Assembly: GCA_049968235.1 (NCBI GenBank)
Contig: JBMFRC010000004.1
Location: 190,013-254,012, forward strand
Direction of reading: 5' to 3'
Length of the DNA: 64,000 nucleotides
DNA from: Candidatus Hydrogenedens sp.
GTDB lineage: Bacteria; Hydrogenedentota; Hydrogenedentia; Hydrogenedentales; Hydrogenedentaceae
Positions 38,436-49,300 of the stretch are shown here, piece after piece. Every line of letters begins with the position of its first letter. The first letter of the stretch is position 1. The translations under genes were made by a program, and so were the position numbers. The notes beneath the pieces are model-generated. The model saw only the letters and a list, made by a program, of their open reading frames with translations. It made no database searches and was not told the DNA's origin.

Positions 38436-40076
38436 TCAAATTAACCCTTTAATCTCATAAGCCACAATGAATTGTTCTTTATTCTTTACCTTAAAGGTAC
38501 CAATGGGAGAACCTCTAACCCTTCCTTTTAATTCTGCCCATGCTTCATTTCCCACAACAACTGTTCCCGGATTTGCCATATCACACAAATGTTTTGCTGA
38601 ATTTACCCTATCCCCAACAACGGTATATTCCATTCGTTTCGGAGAACCAATAAATCCTGCAACTACTTCACCCGTTTCAATACCAATACCCAATTGGAAG
38701 GCAGGTTTCCCCTCAGAAATTCTTAAAACATTCAGTTCCTCATTTCTTTTTAATATATCTAATGAAGCACAAACAGCAGCGTATGTATCATCCCCTGTAG
38801 AGATAGGTGCACCAAATATAGCCATAATCTCATCACCTATATATTTATCTAATGTCCCATTCCATGCAAAAATAATTTCTGTCATTGCGGTAAAATGTTC
38901 ATTTAATAAAAAGAGTAATTCTTGTGGAGAAAGTCGTTCCGCCATTTGTGAAGAACCTCGAATGTCGCAAAACATTGTAGTAACTCTTTTCTTTTCTCCC
39001 CCCAATTGAATTGCAGAACCTTTACTTATAATTTGTTCTACAACAATATCAGGAAGAAATCGTCGGAAGTTCTCTCTCTTGCGTTCTTCCTCAATCATCT
39101 TTGTATTTAATTGAGCATTTTCTATAGCAAGGGCAATCTGATTTCCCATCGAACAGAATAGTTCCAAATCATCCTCATCAAAAAAAGCCTTTTTCCTAAT
39201 TGAATCAATATAAATAGAACCTAAAATTCTATCTTCAATTCGTAAAGGGACACACATAGCACTTATTATTTTCCGTGCAATAACACTCTCCCTATTTCCA
39301 AACTCCATATCCGCTGAACGGTCCATCATAAGTACAGGTTCCCCCTCAATTGCAGATTTCCCGGCGATGCCCATACTCGGTGAACTTGCTTCTAACCCGG
39401 AATCCATTGCCCGAGATACTTTGGTAACTAATGCATTTTTAGTTTCATCCTTCAAAAGAATAAAACCTCGCTCAGCACCCAGAACTTCTATCACAAGGTC
39501 TAATACCTGAGCAAGTTTTGAATCTAAATGATGTGCAGAACCCATAATCTGAGTTGCTTTGTATAACGCATCTAACCGTCGATATGCACGACTTAGTTTC
39601 TTTATATCAATTGACGGAGTAATTACTTCCTTTGCTTTTTGAAGGGTCGGTTCTGTTTGGTCTCGAGATATTTTAAATAGAGTATTTTTAACTTCTTCTA
39701 TTTCTTCTCGAACATGTTCCATTCGGTTTATATATTTACTTTCATGGCTATCCTTTTTCTGAGAATCTTTCAAATCTTTTTTAGGAATATCGTCTCTAAA
39801 AACAATTCTGCATTTACTGCCCAGCCATATTTCATCCAGATGTTTAAGTTTCTGTTCTATAATTCTTTGTCGATTGACATAGGTCCCATTCAAACTTTTC
39901 AGGTCTGTAATAATATAGGCTCCATCTTTCATATAAATCTTTGCATGATGTCGAGATATTTCTTCTGTGGACAAAACCACATCACAATCATTCGACCTAC
40001 CTAAAATTATCTCTTTCTCTTCAATAGGGACCGTCTGTGTTGAAATTCCTTGTTGTTCAATAATCAAGAAAGGCAC
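38436..40076 (-). CDS. FHA domain - GAF domain - class III adenylate/guanylate cyclase (CHD) three-domain signalling protein.
   Basis: FHA: GRSNDCDVVL...SRHHAKIY...DLKSLNGTYVN. Central GAF-like region. C-terminal cyclase core VTTMFCDIRGSS...FGAP...GDxVN. Confidence 0.85.
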   Translation of the reverse strand: MPFLIIEQQGISTQTVPIEEKEIILGRSNDCDVVLSTEEISRHHAKIYMKDGAYIITDLKSLNGTYVNRQRIIEQKLKHLDEIWLGSKCRIVFRDDIPKKDLKDSQKKDSHESKYINRMEHVREEIEEVKNTLFKISRDQTEPTLQKAKEVITPSIDIKKLSRAYRRLDALYKATQIMGSAHHLDSKLAQVLDLVIEVLGAERGFILLKDETKNALVTKVSRAMDSGLEASSPSMGIAGKSAIEGEPVLMMDRSADMEFGNRESVIARKIISAMCVPLRIEDRILGSIYIDSIRKKAFFDEDDLELFCSMGNQIALAIENAQLNTKMIEEERKRENFRRFLPDIVVEQIISKGSAIQLGGEKKRVTTMFCDIRGSSQMAERLSPQELLFLLNEHFTAMTEIIFAWNGTLDKYIGDEIMAIFGAPISTGDDTYAAVCASLDILKRNEELNVLRISEGKPAFQLGIGIETGEVVAGFIGSPKRMEYTVVGDRVNSAKHLCDMANPGTVVVGNEAWAELKGRVRGSPIGTFKVKNKEQFIVAYEIKGLI

Positions 40077-40153
40077 GATATCCCAACTCCTTTTAATAAC
40101 ATACCATTATAGGAATTGATATTTACATTTAACATGAAAATTTTTCTGAATCG

Positions 40154-42697
40154 TTAAGGAATATAAGGTTCTATAGATATTTTATCTGAAGCAATTCCTT
40201 GAAGTTTCGCTGTAAACTCCCAGGCTGCACCTTGATTATATATAGCCATTAACAACACATTGTCTTTTTGTAATTTAATGTTAAATTGGTCCTGGTCAGG
40301 AGTCATGGTTCTTCCCTCTGCAAAAGAATGAACCCGTATTCCATTGAGCCATACTTTAACACCATCATTACTTCCCAATAACATCTTTGCTTCAACAGGT
40401 TCAGGTACTGTAATCTTGCACGCAACATAGGCAACGCATTCTACCTCACCCCCGGAATATTCAGCCAGGTCTGCATAAATCAAACCTTCTCCACGAACCT
40501 TTAATGGTAAGATACGCCAATCCTTAACAGAATTTATTTCTGTTTCGGGGGGGAAAGAAACTTCATCAAATAATCGCCTTGCTCCATAATCTTCCATTCG
40601 ATATGGACCACTTATACTCCATGAACAGATATATTCCCCTTTATTTTTCAATCCATTCAACAAATTTTCTAACTCCTTCGCCTGATTATCTTTCAGGTTA
40701 GGGAGCATTTCTTCTAAAATGGGTATTGTTCTTGAAGGATAAGAGAAACTGATATTCTTCGCCACAGTAAATCTTGCATTTGCCCAATCTGCTTTTACTG
40801 CATCGTTGATGTTCATTCCTTCTATGAAATCCAATACCTCTAACATAGTTAATTTTGCAAGACCACCCAAAATATTTTTTTGGAGTGAAGGATTATTTCC
40901 TGCCATTTTCCAGAGATTTATATAGTAATCATATTTTTGCTTATCTGTTAGATTTAATGTCCTTAATATATTTAAGGAACTTAAAATTCCGGCATTCTTA
41001 ATCTCTTCATTGGTCTCTTTTGAAATTTCACTTACTATCTTTTGCAAAGTATCTGCATCATCACATTGCCCTAAAGATTGTAAGATACTTACTTTTAAAT
41101 TAGGTTCACCTGACCATAAATCTTTAAGCATTGCACATGCTTCTGGGCTTTTAATATTGCCTAATAAGGTTATTAAAGATTTCTTTTGTAAATCATTTTT
41201 ACATTTCTTCCATTGCTCTGTTATAAGCATTATTTTACGACCTTCATCACCTGTTCTATCAATAATTAAAGAAATAGCAGGTATGTAAGCAGAACTATTT
41301 TCTGCATTCGCCATAAGTTTATCAAATAGAAACGGCAAATCCGATTCGTTTCCCAGAACTGCATAATAATTCAATGCTTCATCAAAAATATCTTTGTCAT
41401 CTTTGGATATTGCATCACGAATAACTTCTTTTGCTTCCATTGACCTGCGCTCTGTTAGTAGGTCAACGGCTAATCTTTTAACATCGGCATTCCCCTTCTG
41501 GATTTTTTCAATCAAGTATTTGTTTGCATCGGGATTGTCCAATTTTATTAATGCATCTTTGGCTATTTCTTTAATTTCACGAGAACCATTCATCGCAATA
41601 TTCATTAACGGTTTCATGGCACGATTATCTCCCATTCGGCCAAGACATTGAATTGCGGATATTTTTACTTCTCCATCTACATTTTCGGCAAGGTTTACAA
41701 CCTCTGAAATAGCACCTGTAATTTTGCGAGAAGCAATTACTTCTAATATTCCCAGTTGAAGCCTTGAATTTGCTGTTTTTAATGTATTTACACATTTTTC
41801 CATAAGTAATTTATCGGGGAAAGATTTATCTTTCAATAAATCAATACCGGTCGAAGAGAGGATTACATCTTCATTTCCAATACTTTGCCAAACTTCATTA
41901 AAAGCCTCCTTGCCTTTTAACTGGACTAATCCTCTCAGAGCATACCCTCTACTTACAGGCATTGTCTTATCATTGGCAAATATGGATGAATAAATTTGTA
42001 AAGCCATATCTTTTTCAGACAAATCTTCTGCTAATTGACCGGCAATTTTCAAGAGAGCAGACTGCACATTAGAATTTTCGAGCATAGATTTATTTTTAGC
42101 CCAGTTCCATAGTATATTCCCTGCTTCTTTTCCACCTATAGAACCAAGTGCAATTACCGCAGAATTTTGTATTTTTTGTGATGGGTTCTCCAGATATTGG
42201 GATAATACTTCAATAGATAGAGAATCTTTTCTTCTTCCCAGCGAGTTGATAAGAGCGATTTTATCATCTTCAGGGGTAGATTCTTGTTTCAATACCTGTA
42301 TAAGAGATTGTGTTGCTTCTTTGCCGGGGATTTGCTCTAATATTCGGCAACCGATATCAATCGTTTCCTTATCTTTTAATAATGGTTCAATTCCCGGAAC
42401 TGCGGATGGTGTAGCAATTACAACTAATTGGCGAGCAAGAAATCTCTTCCCATCAATAGAACATTTTGGTAAAATTGCTACAAGTTGTTTTGATAACTGC
42501 TCCTGTTTCGCAGGATTATTTTGAGTTGTTTTTACTGCCTCTAAAATAGGCTCTAATGGTTCACGGTTCATACCAAACTTATAGGTTTGCAAATAATTTA
42601 GGGCATCTTTAATGTTTGGAATCTCCTGAGCGGAGATAATGGATGTTAAGAATATCAATGTCAGGAATATGTTCATTAAAATGTAATTATTTTTCAT
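40154..42697 (-). CDS. Secreted HEAT/PBS-lyase-like repeat protein with a C-terminal roughly 170-aa domain of unknown function.
   Basis: Signal peptide. Repeated ...LG.IG...A...L... HEAT-like units through most of the length. The C-terminal segment (CSWSISGPYRMEDYG...) is not assignable. Confidence 0.65.
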   Translation of the reverse strand: MKNNYILMNIFLTLIFLTSIISAQEIPNIKDALNYLQTYKFGMNREPLEPILEAVKTTQNNPAKQEQLSKQLVAILPKCSIDGKRFLARQLVVIATPSAVPGIEPLLKDKETIDIGCRILEQIPGKEATQSLIQVLKQESTPEDDKIALINSLGRRKDSLSIEVLSQYLENPSQKIQNSAVIALGSIGGKEAGNILWNWAKNKSMLENSNVQSALLKIAGQLAEDLSEKDMALQIYSSIFANDKTMPVSRGYALRGLVQLKGKEAFNEVWQSIGNEDVILSSTGIDLLKDKSFPDKLLMEKCVNTLKTANSRLQLGILEVIASRKITGAISEVVNLAENVDGEVKISAIQCLGRMGDNRAMKPLMNIAMNGSREIKEIAKDALIKLDNPDANKYLIEKIQKGNADVKRLAVDLLTERRSMEAKEVIRDAISKDDKDIFDEALNYYAVLGNESDLPFLFDKLMANAENSSAYIPAISLIIDRTGDEGRKIMLITEQWKKCKNDLQKKSLITLLGNIKSPEACAMLKDLWSGEPNLKVSILQSLGQCDDADTLQKIVSEISKETNEEIKNAGILSSLNILRTLNLTDKQKYDYYINLWKMAGNNPSLQKNILGGLAKLTMLEVLDFIEGMNINDAVKADWANARFTVAKNISFSYPSRTIPILEEMLPNLKDNQAKELENLLNGLKNKGEYICSWSISGPYRMEDYGARRLFDEVSFPPETEINSVKDWRILPLKVRGEGLIYADLAEYSGGEVECVAYVACKITVPEPVEAKMLLGSNDGVKVWLNGIRVHSFAEGRTMTPDQDQFNIKLQKDNVLLMAIYNQGAAWEFTAKLQGIASDKISIEPYIP

Positions 42698-42715
42698 TTT
42701 TTATCTCCTTTTTGT

Positions 42716-44044
42716 TTAACCTAATGTCCAGGGTGCTCTCATAGAAGGTTGCATCATACGGTTGGCTTCATCATCGTTGATAAACATTTCTTTTTCAGGG
42801 TCCCAATTTAATTTTCGTCCGAGTCTCATCGCAATATTTGCCATATGACACATAGTTGCTGTGTGATAACCTACTTCAACAGGAGCCGTCGGGTCTTTGC
42901 GGGATTTAACGCATTCGATAAAATTCTTATGGTGACCCTTACTTCTTCCTAAATGTATTTCATTTGGGGCTATGGTTTCTTGAAGTAATGAAGGAGGATT
43001 TGCACGGAGGTCACCTCCATGAATATAAATAAAAATCCAGCCCTTATCACCCTCAAATTTAATCCCGCGAGGACCTATACTCTTCCCTAACAATTCGACA
43101 CCATTAGCATATTCAAATCGAAATTCATAACTCATTGCAGTATTAAATAATCCTTCTTTCGGGAAGAAACCTTTTCCTTCTACAGAGATAGGGAAAGTAT
43201 CATCCGTTCCGTTACCTAATTGACCTAAATCTATAATATGAGCACCACGGTCTGTCATTTCTCCACCACTATAGTCTAGAATATAACGGAACCAGAAATG
43301 GCATCTTTTTTCGGTATAGGGTTCTTTTGGAGCAGGTCCCAGCCAGAAGTCATAATCAAAACCGGGAGGTATGGGCATTTCGGGCTGTGGAGGAATTGGA
43401 GTATGATTATCTACAGGCATATTTACTCGTATCGTATGTAATTTCCCTATTCTTCCATTCCTTACCAATTCGCATGCATACCTTGCGTTGTCACGGGAAC
43501 GCTCATGACTACCTGTCTGAAATACTCTGCGATATTTACGAACTGCTTCTACTACTGCTTTACCTTCCGGAATAGAATTTGCCAATGGTTTTTCGCAATA
43601 AATATCTTTTCCTGACTGAGCAGACATAATAGATATAATAGGATGCCAATGGTCAGGAGTTGCTATCATTACTGCATCTACATCTTTGCGTGCAATTACA
43701 TCTCTAAAATCGTGATACACATCACAACCTTTGTAATTTGGTATATTTTTCTTCTCTGCATAAAAATCATTTACTATCTTTTGGGCTTCCTGTGCATGAT
43801 TGTCATCTACATCACAAACAGCAACCACTTGCACTTCAGGTAGATTTAAAAAAGCCTTCATATCATATTTACCCTGACCTCCAACGCCAATACAGGCAAC
43901 TGTAATCCGTTCATTAGGCAAAGCAGATGGTTCTGCTCCCCAAACATAGGAAGGGATAATCATTGGTGCAACAGATATTCCTGCCGTTCCCATAAGAACA
44001 TTTTTCATAAATGTCCTTCGTGAATAATAATTTGTTTTATTCAT
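42716..44044 (-). CDS. Tat-exported Gfo/Idh/MocA family NAD-binding oxidoreductase (GH109-like architecture).
   Basis: Twin-arginine signal SRRTFMKNVLMGTAGISVA. Rossmann motif GVGGQG. Gfo/Idh/MocA EKP motif (YCEKPLA). Confidence 0.85.
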   Translation of the reverse strand: MNKTNYYSRRTFMKNVLMGTAGISVAPMIIPSYVWGAEPSALPNERITVACIGVGGQGKYDMKAFLNLPEVQVVAVCDVDDNHAQEAQKIVNDFYAEKKNIPNYKGCDVYHDFRDVIARKDVDAVMIATPDHWHPIISIMSAQSGKDIYCEKPLANSIPEGKAVVEAVRKYRRVFQTGSHERSRDNARYACELVRNGRIGKLHTIRVNMPVDNHTPIPPQPEMPIPPGFDYDFWLGPAPKEPYTEKRCHFWFRYILDYSGGEMTDRGAHIIDLGQLGNGTDDTFPISVEGKGFFPKEGLFNTAMSYEFRFEYANGVELLGKSIGPRGIKFEGDKGWIFIYIHGGDLRANPPSLLQETIAPNEIHLGRSKGHHKNFIECVKSRKDPTAPVEVGYHTATMCHMANIAMRLGRKLNWDPEKEMFINDDEANRMMQPSMRAPWTLG

Positions 44045-44211
44045 AGGATAAACTCCAATTTAATTTTAATAACCAATATCTATTTTTTACCCAATAAAAA
44101 AATATATAGCAATTTTAATGCAAATAGAGGTGTTAAATAAAGCAAGCGACTACTCTAAAATAATCTATCACAAGGAAGAATGTATCTTATAAGAATTTTT
44201 CACTTTTGGAA

Positions 44212-45762
44212 CTATTTTACTTCTAAAAGTGATTGGGCTGTAACGGTCTTTATTTGATACCATGCTCGGAACAAAGAGACTCGTGCAGAAGCAAGCCTTC
44301 CCTCTGCTTCAATTAAATCTTTCTGTGCCTGATTTAACCGCACCAAAGATGTCTGCCCTGCTTTATATTCCTGTTCCACCAAATCTCTATTTTTTCTGAC
44401 ATATTGGGCATTTTCTCTTTGTAGTTTTAACTGTTCCTGTGCAGATTTTAATTCCTGAAGGGTACTTTGGACATCTGTTATAACATCAATTCTCCCTGCA
44501 TAGTAATTTTGCTCCGCTTCCCGAAGTTTTGCCCTTGCTTCTGCGCGTAATGCGCGATTTTTACCACCCGTAAAGAGGTTATATGAGACATCTACACTTA
44601 CCGTAGTAGCAAAGTCATCGGAACGAAATTCACTATCTACAGTCCGTGTCGCTGAACGGGATAAAGAGACTCCTATTTGTGGGAATAAAGTAGAACGACT
44701 TTGCCCAACCTGTGCTTCGGTTTGTTGAACAATTAATGTCAACATCTTCAAATCAGGTCTGCTTTGTAAGGCAAGTGATAATAATTCGTCCACATTCGGA
44801 GTTTCCAAATCTTTATCGGTTTCATCTTTTAAAGGTGTTAACTTTACATTATCTGGAAGTACACCTGTATTCAAACCCATTACACCTGCTAAGGATATTC
44901 GTGCAATTTCACGATTTTGACGAGCATTTATAATTTGTGCTTCTGCGGACCTCAATAGAACTTCAAAATTTAGGACATCGCTTAAAGAACCTGCTCCTAA
45001 TTCTTGTTTTACTTTTGCTTCATAGAGTTGTCTTTCGTTAAATGCTTTATCTGCTTCTGCTATACGAAGATTCTCCTCTGCTAATTGCACAGCATAAAAA
45101 CTATTTGCTACTGCAGATAATAACATACGGATGGCTTCCTGTTGGGATTCTTCCGTTGCCTTTTCACCTAATTTTGCAAGAGCAACAGAATATTTACGGG
45201 CAAAACCATCAAATAAGGTATAGCGAATGATAAAATTTATTGCATAGTTATTTTGTGATTCCGGAATGCTATTACTTGCTTGATATGCAGAAATCCACGA
45301 GTTTAATACGGTCTCCCATGGGATTGAGGATAGAATATCTGAACCAGTTGTTCCTCCGGCACTTCTAAGAACAGATTGAGAGATTGTATTTGAACTCTGT
45401 TGCCAAACAGCATTCTGTGAATGACGGATAGCAGTATCTGACAACTCTGTGTGTGAAGCGGTATAATTGGCAATAATTTGTGGATAGTACTGAGATAATG
45501 CTTGTTTAACCTTCTGTCGGGCTTGCTCTATCCGTTCGGACACTGCCTTTAATGAGGGGTTCTGTTCTAATGCTATTTTTTGTGCTGTTTGCAGGTCTAA
45601 ATATTCAGGAAGTTCCTGTGTAATCGGGGGAGTATTTCCTGATTGTAATGGGAATGTATCTGTATTTGTATCTTGTGAACTACCTGAAAAACACACGAAT
45701 ATACATAAACTTCCAATCCATATACAGAATAATTTTTTAATATCGAAATTTGCGAATTCCAT
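44212..45762 (-). CDS. TolC-like outer membrane efflux protein (OMF), partner of the RND pump.
   Basis: Signal peptide. Two OEP repeat halves rich in Q/A/L coiled-coil segments. Confidence 0.8.
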   Translation of the reverse strand: MEFANFDIKKLFCIWIGSLCIFVCFSGSSQDTNTDTFPLQSGNTPPITQELPEYLDLQTAQKIALEQNPSLKAVSERIEQARQKVKQALSQYYPQIIANYTASHTELSDTAIRHSQNAVWQQSSNTISQSVLRSAGGTTGSDILSSIPWETVLNSWISAYQASNSIPESQNNYAINFIIRYTLFDGFARKYSVALAKLGEKATEESQQEAIRMLLSAVANSFYAVQLAEENLRIAEADKAFNERQLYEAKVKQELGAGSLSDVLNFEVLLRSAEAQIINARQNREIARISLAGVMGLNTGVLPDNVKLTPLKDETDKDLETPNVDELLSLALQSRPDLKMLTLIVQQTEAQVGQSRSTLFPQIGVSLSRSATRTVDSEFRSDDFATTVSVDVSYNLFTGGKNRALRAEARAKLREAEQNYYAGRIDVITDVQSTLQELKSAQEQLKLQRENAQYVRKNRDLVEQEYKAGQTSLVRLNQAQKDLIEAEGRLASARVSLFRAWYQIKTVTAQSLLEVK

Positions 45763-46354
45763 ATTGTTTTATTAACTCCTCTGTTTGTTGTAATTTTTCG
45801 GGGGGAACATTTTCAATACGATGACCTATTTTTCGTGCTGGGACCCCTGCCCATATTTCCAGAGGTCCTACTTTCGTATCCTCTACAAGGACACTACCCA
45901 CACCAATAATAGCACCATCTCCAATTTCTACCCCTGGATGTATATAACATCGGCTTCCTACAAGGACATCATCTCCGATAATAATCGGTTTGGCTATATG
46001 GGGTGTTAAAGCAAAATGCTCTTTTGTCCCCCAGAATACATGATTTGTATCTCGAATAACTGTAAATTCCGCAACAGCGGTATTACTTCCAATTTGTATC
46101 AATGCTGTAGATTCTAAAATTGTATAGTAACTCAATAGTGAATGGGTCCCCATTATTATTTTTCCTTCTTTATGAGTGCGAAGTATCACATAATCCCGAA
46201 ACCGGCAATAATCCCCGCACTCCACATGTCCCTCTATGGTAAAGTGTTTTCCTTGAATACGACATTTTTTTCCTTTCCTGGCAAATTTCAAGCCATGATA
46301 ATAACTTCGCCAGCGAACTAAAAAAGCCTCAAACATGTTATACAATTCCTCCAA
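45737..46354 (-). CDS. Hexapeptide-repeat (left-handed beta-helix) acetyltransferase (WbbJ/WcaF-like).
   Basis: IGDDVLVGSRCYIHPGVEIGDGAIIGVGSVLVED hexapeptide repeats. Sits between the RND and OMF genes and overlaps the OMF start by about 26 nt. Confidence 0.75.
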   Translation of the reverse strand: MEELYNMFEAFLVRWRSYYHGLKFARKGKKCRIQGKHFTIEGHVECGDYCRFRDYVILRTHKEGKIIMGTHSLLSYYTILESTALIQIGSNTAVAEFTVIRDTNHVFWGTKEHFALTPHIAKPIIIGDDVLVGSRCYIHPGVEIGDGAIIGVGSVLVEDTKVGPLEIWAGVPARKIGHRIENVPPEKLQQTEELIKQYGIRKFRY

Positions 46355-46363
46355 TATCTATTT

Positions 46364-49300
46364 TCATAAGGAACTATTTTCTAATTGCTGTTTTTGTTCT
46401 AACATTGAAAATACAGGCTCTACTTCTTCAGGTTTTGGAATTCTTCGATTTCTAATTGTATATGCTAATCTTCGAATATCATTTAATACACCAATAATAG
46501 CAGGTATAAATAGAAGTGTAACACTAGTCGCAAACACTAATCCTATAGCTAACGAGACTGCCATCGGTTTCAGGAACTGTGCTTGCATATCTCGTGTAAA
46601 AAGCAAACTTATAAGCCCTCCAAATGTAGTAACTGAAGTTAAGAAAATAGCACGAAATCTTCTCTTACCCGCCTGGAGAATAGAAGAAATAAAACTATTC
46701 CCTTCGCCAAGGTTTGCATTAAAGCAATCAACAAAAACAATAGCATCATTAACAACTACTCCGGAAAGGGCAACAATACCGAATAGACTCATAAGTGTAA
46801 CAGTTTGTCCGAACAATAAATGTCCAATCAATGCGCCTACAACTCCAAATGGAATGGTAAGCATAATTAATAGCGGTTGAGAATAAGAATGGAATATCGA
46901 GGAAATAATTAGGAAAATTAATAACAATGCAATAGGAAAACCCACTTTTAAGGAGCTAAGGGCATCACTACTATTTTGTTGAGGTCCTTCAAACGACCAT
47001 ATTAATCCCGGATATTTCCTTTGGAGCAATGGGAGGAAATTACTTGTTAAATCGCCAATAATTTCTGTTGAATTTGCTTTTGTTGTTTCTATATCTGCTG
47101 TTACGACAACTCTTCGCATCCCATCAACACGGGTTATTGAAGAAAATCCAGGAGTATAATCTACATCAGCAACAGCAAATAAAGGAACTTCATATCCTTG
47201 ATTGGTTCGTATGCGAACTTGATTTAATATAGAAAGATAACTTCGGTCCTCACGGGGATAACGAACCCGTATGCGAATATCATCTCTACCTCTTTGTATT
47301 CGGACAGCCTCTTCTCCGAAGAAGCCACCCGCTAATTGTCTTCCTAATGAATCCAGAGTTATCCCCAATGTTTGTGCCTCTGGTTTCAGATAAAATCTCG
47401 CTTCAATTTTTGCAGGTCGATAATCATCCTCAATTTGATAAACTCCATCATAAGTTTTAAGTTTCTCTTTTATCTCCTGGCTTGCACGAATCAGATCTTG
47501 AAGGTTTTCACTCCTTAACCACAACTCAATACCTGTTCCACGGGGACCTCCTCCACTTACATCATATTTCTGTTTTAATGTTCCGGGGATAGTCCCTGTT
47601 TCTTTTGCCCACATGGAAGATAATTTCTTGGCATGAATCCCTCTTCGTTCTGTGGGTAACAATTCTACACGGATTTCACCTACATTACTCCCCCCCTGAG
47701 CCGAAAAACCGCTACTGCTCTGACCCACAACACTGTAAACATTCTGAACTAAAGGTTCACCACTTATTGTTGTTGTTTTTTCTACTAATCGTTTCAAGGC
47801 GGATTCCATCCTCTTCACCGCATCTTTTGTAACATGAAACGGTGTCCCGGAGGGAAACTCAACCTGTGCCATTAAATAGTCCCCATCAGCCTCAGTAAAA
47901 ACTTCAAATTTAATAATTTGCCCCCGAACAAGTCCCATTATTGTTAATAATATAGCAATAGAGGCAGTTAACGAAATGTAACGATGCCTTAACATGGCAT
48001 TTAAAAACGGAAGATATATTTTGTCAACAAAAGCATCAAGGGAATCGCTGAAGAACCATCTTAATTTTTTCAGAGGATGTTTCCGATTATCCGAATTCGA
48101 AATGGTATGAGATAAATCAGGCAAGTCATTAAGGTGAGCGGGGAGTAAGAAGAGAGATTCAAATAGTGATACACTCAACGCTGATATAACAACAATTGGT
48201 AAAATACGGATAAACTTACCCATAATTCCACTTACAAACATTAATGGGATAAATGCGGCTATTGTTGTTGTTACAGCCCCTATCACGGGCAGCCCCACTT
48301 CTTCTACACCCGTTAACGCCGCTTTCATGGGTGGCAATCCTCGCTGGCGATGATAGTATATTGCCTCTCCTATAACAATCGCATCATCAACCAACATACC
48401 TAATACCATGATTAGTCCAAACAATGACATCATATTTATAGTATCCCCATGAATATACATAATACTGATAGCCCCAGCAAAGGAAATAGGAATACCTAAA
48501 GTAACGAAAAAGGACAAACGAGCATCCATTAATAACAACAACATCAAAATAACGATAACTAACCCTTGAACACCATTCATTTCAAGCAAATTTAACCGGG
48601 CTCGAATGAGCCGGGCACTATCGTTCCACACGGAGATTTTTACACCCGGAGGCAATTGTTTTTGTTTCGCCTCTACATATTTATGGACCGCATCGGATAT
48701 AGCTATATCATCTTCCTCCTGTGTTTTGAAACATGAAATCAAAACTGATTTTTCTCCATTAAAATCTGCCTCTAAGGGGTCTTCATTAAAATCATCTCGT
48801 ATTTCCGCTACTTGGTCCAGAGTAATCACTTCACCTGTAGGTTTGGCTAATACTACTATCTTAGCCAATTCATCCGCATAATATTTTCTACCTATTGTTC
48901 GAATACGTATTTCGGCTCCTTTAGAACGAATAAGTCCCCCAGAAATGTTTAAGTTTCCGGAACGAATTGCTGATGCCACCTGTGAAAATGTTAACCCCAA
49001 CTTTTGAAGTTTTTCTTCGGAAATTTCAATTCCTATTTCATACTGTTTCGCACCAAAAATAAAAACCTGTGATAGTTCCGGAAGTGCCTGTAATTCATCT
49101 TTTATCTGTTCTGCCCACTCTTTTAAGATTTTATCGGGTAAATTTCCGGATAATGCAACCTGAATAACTTCACGGCGAATAGTTACTTCATTTGTTATTG
49201 GTTTCTCTGCGTCTTTTGGAAATGTAGAAATAGAATCAATGGCATTACGAACCTTATCATATACCTTACTTAAATCATAACTATCCATTACCTCAATATT

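Noticed and set aside
46335-46880. 181-aa plus-strand ORF antisense to the RND pump (also 38467..39009 antisense to the cyclase).
   Set aside because: Embedded in strongly supported genes on the other strand. No recognisable motifs.
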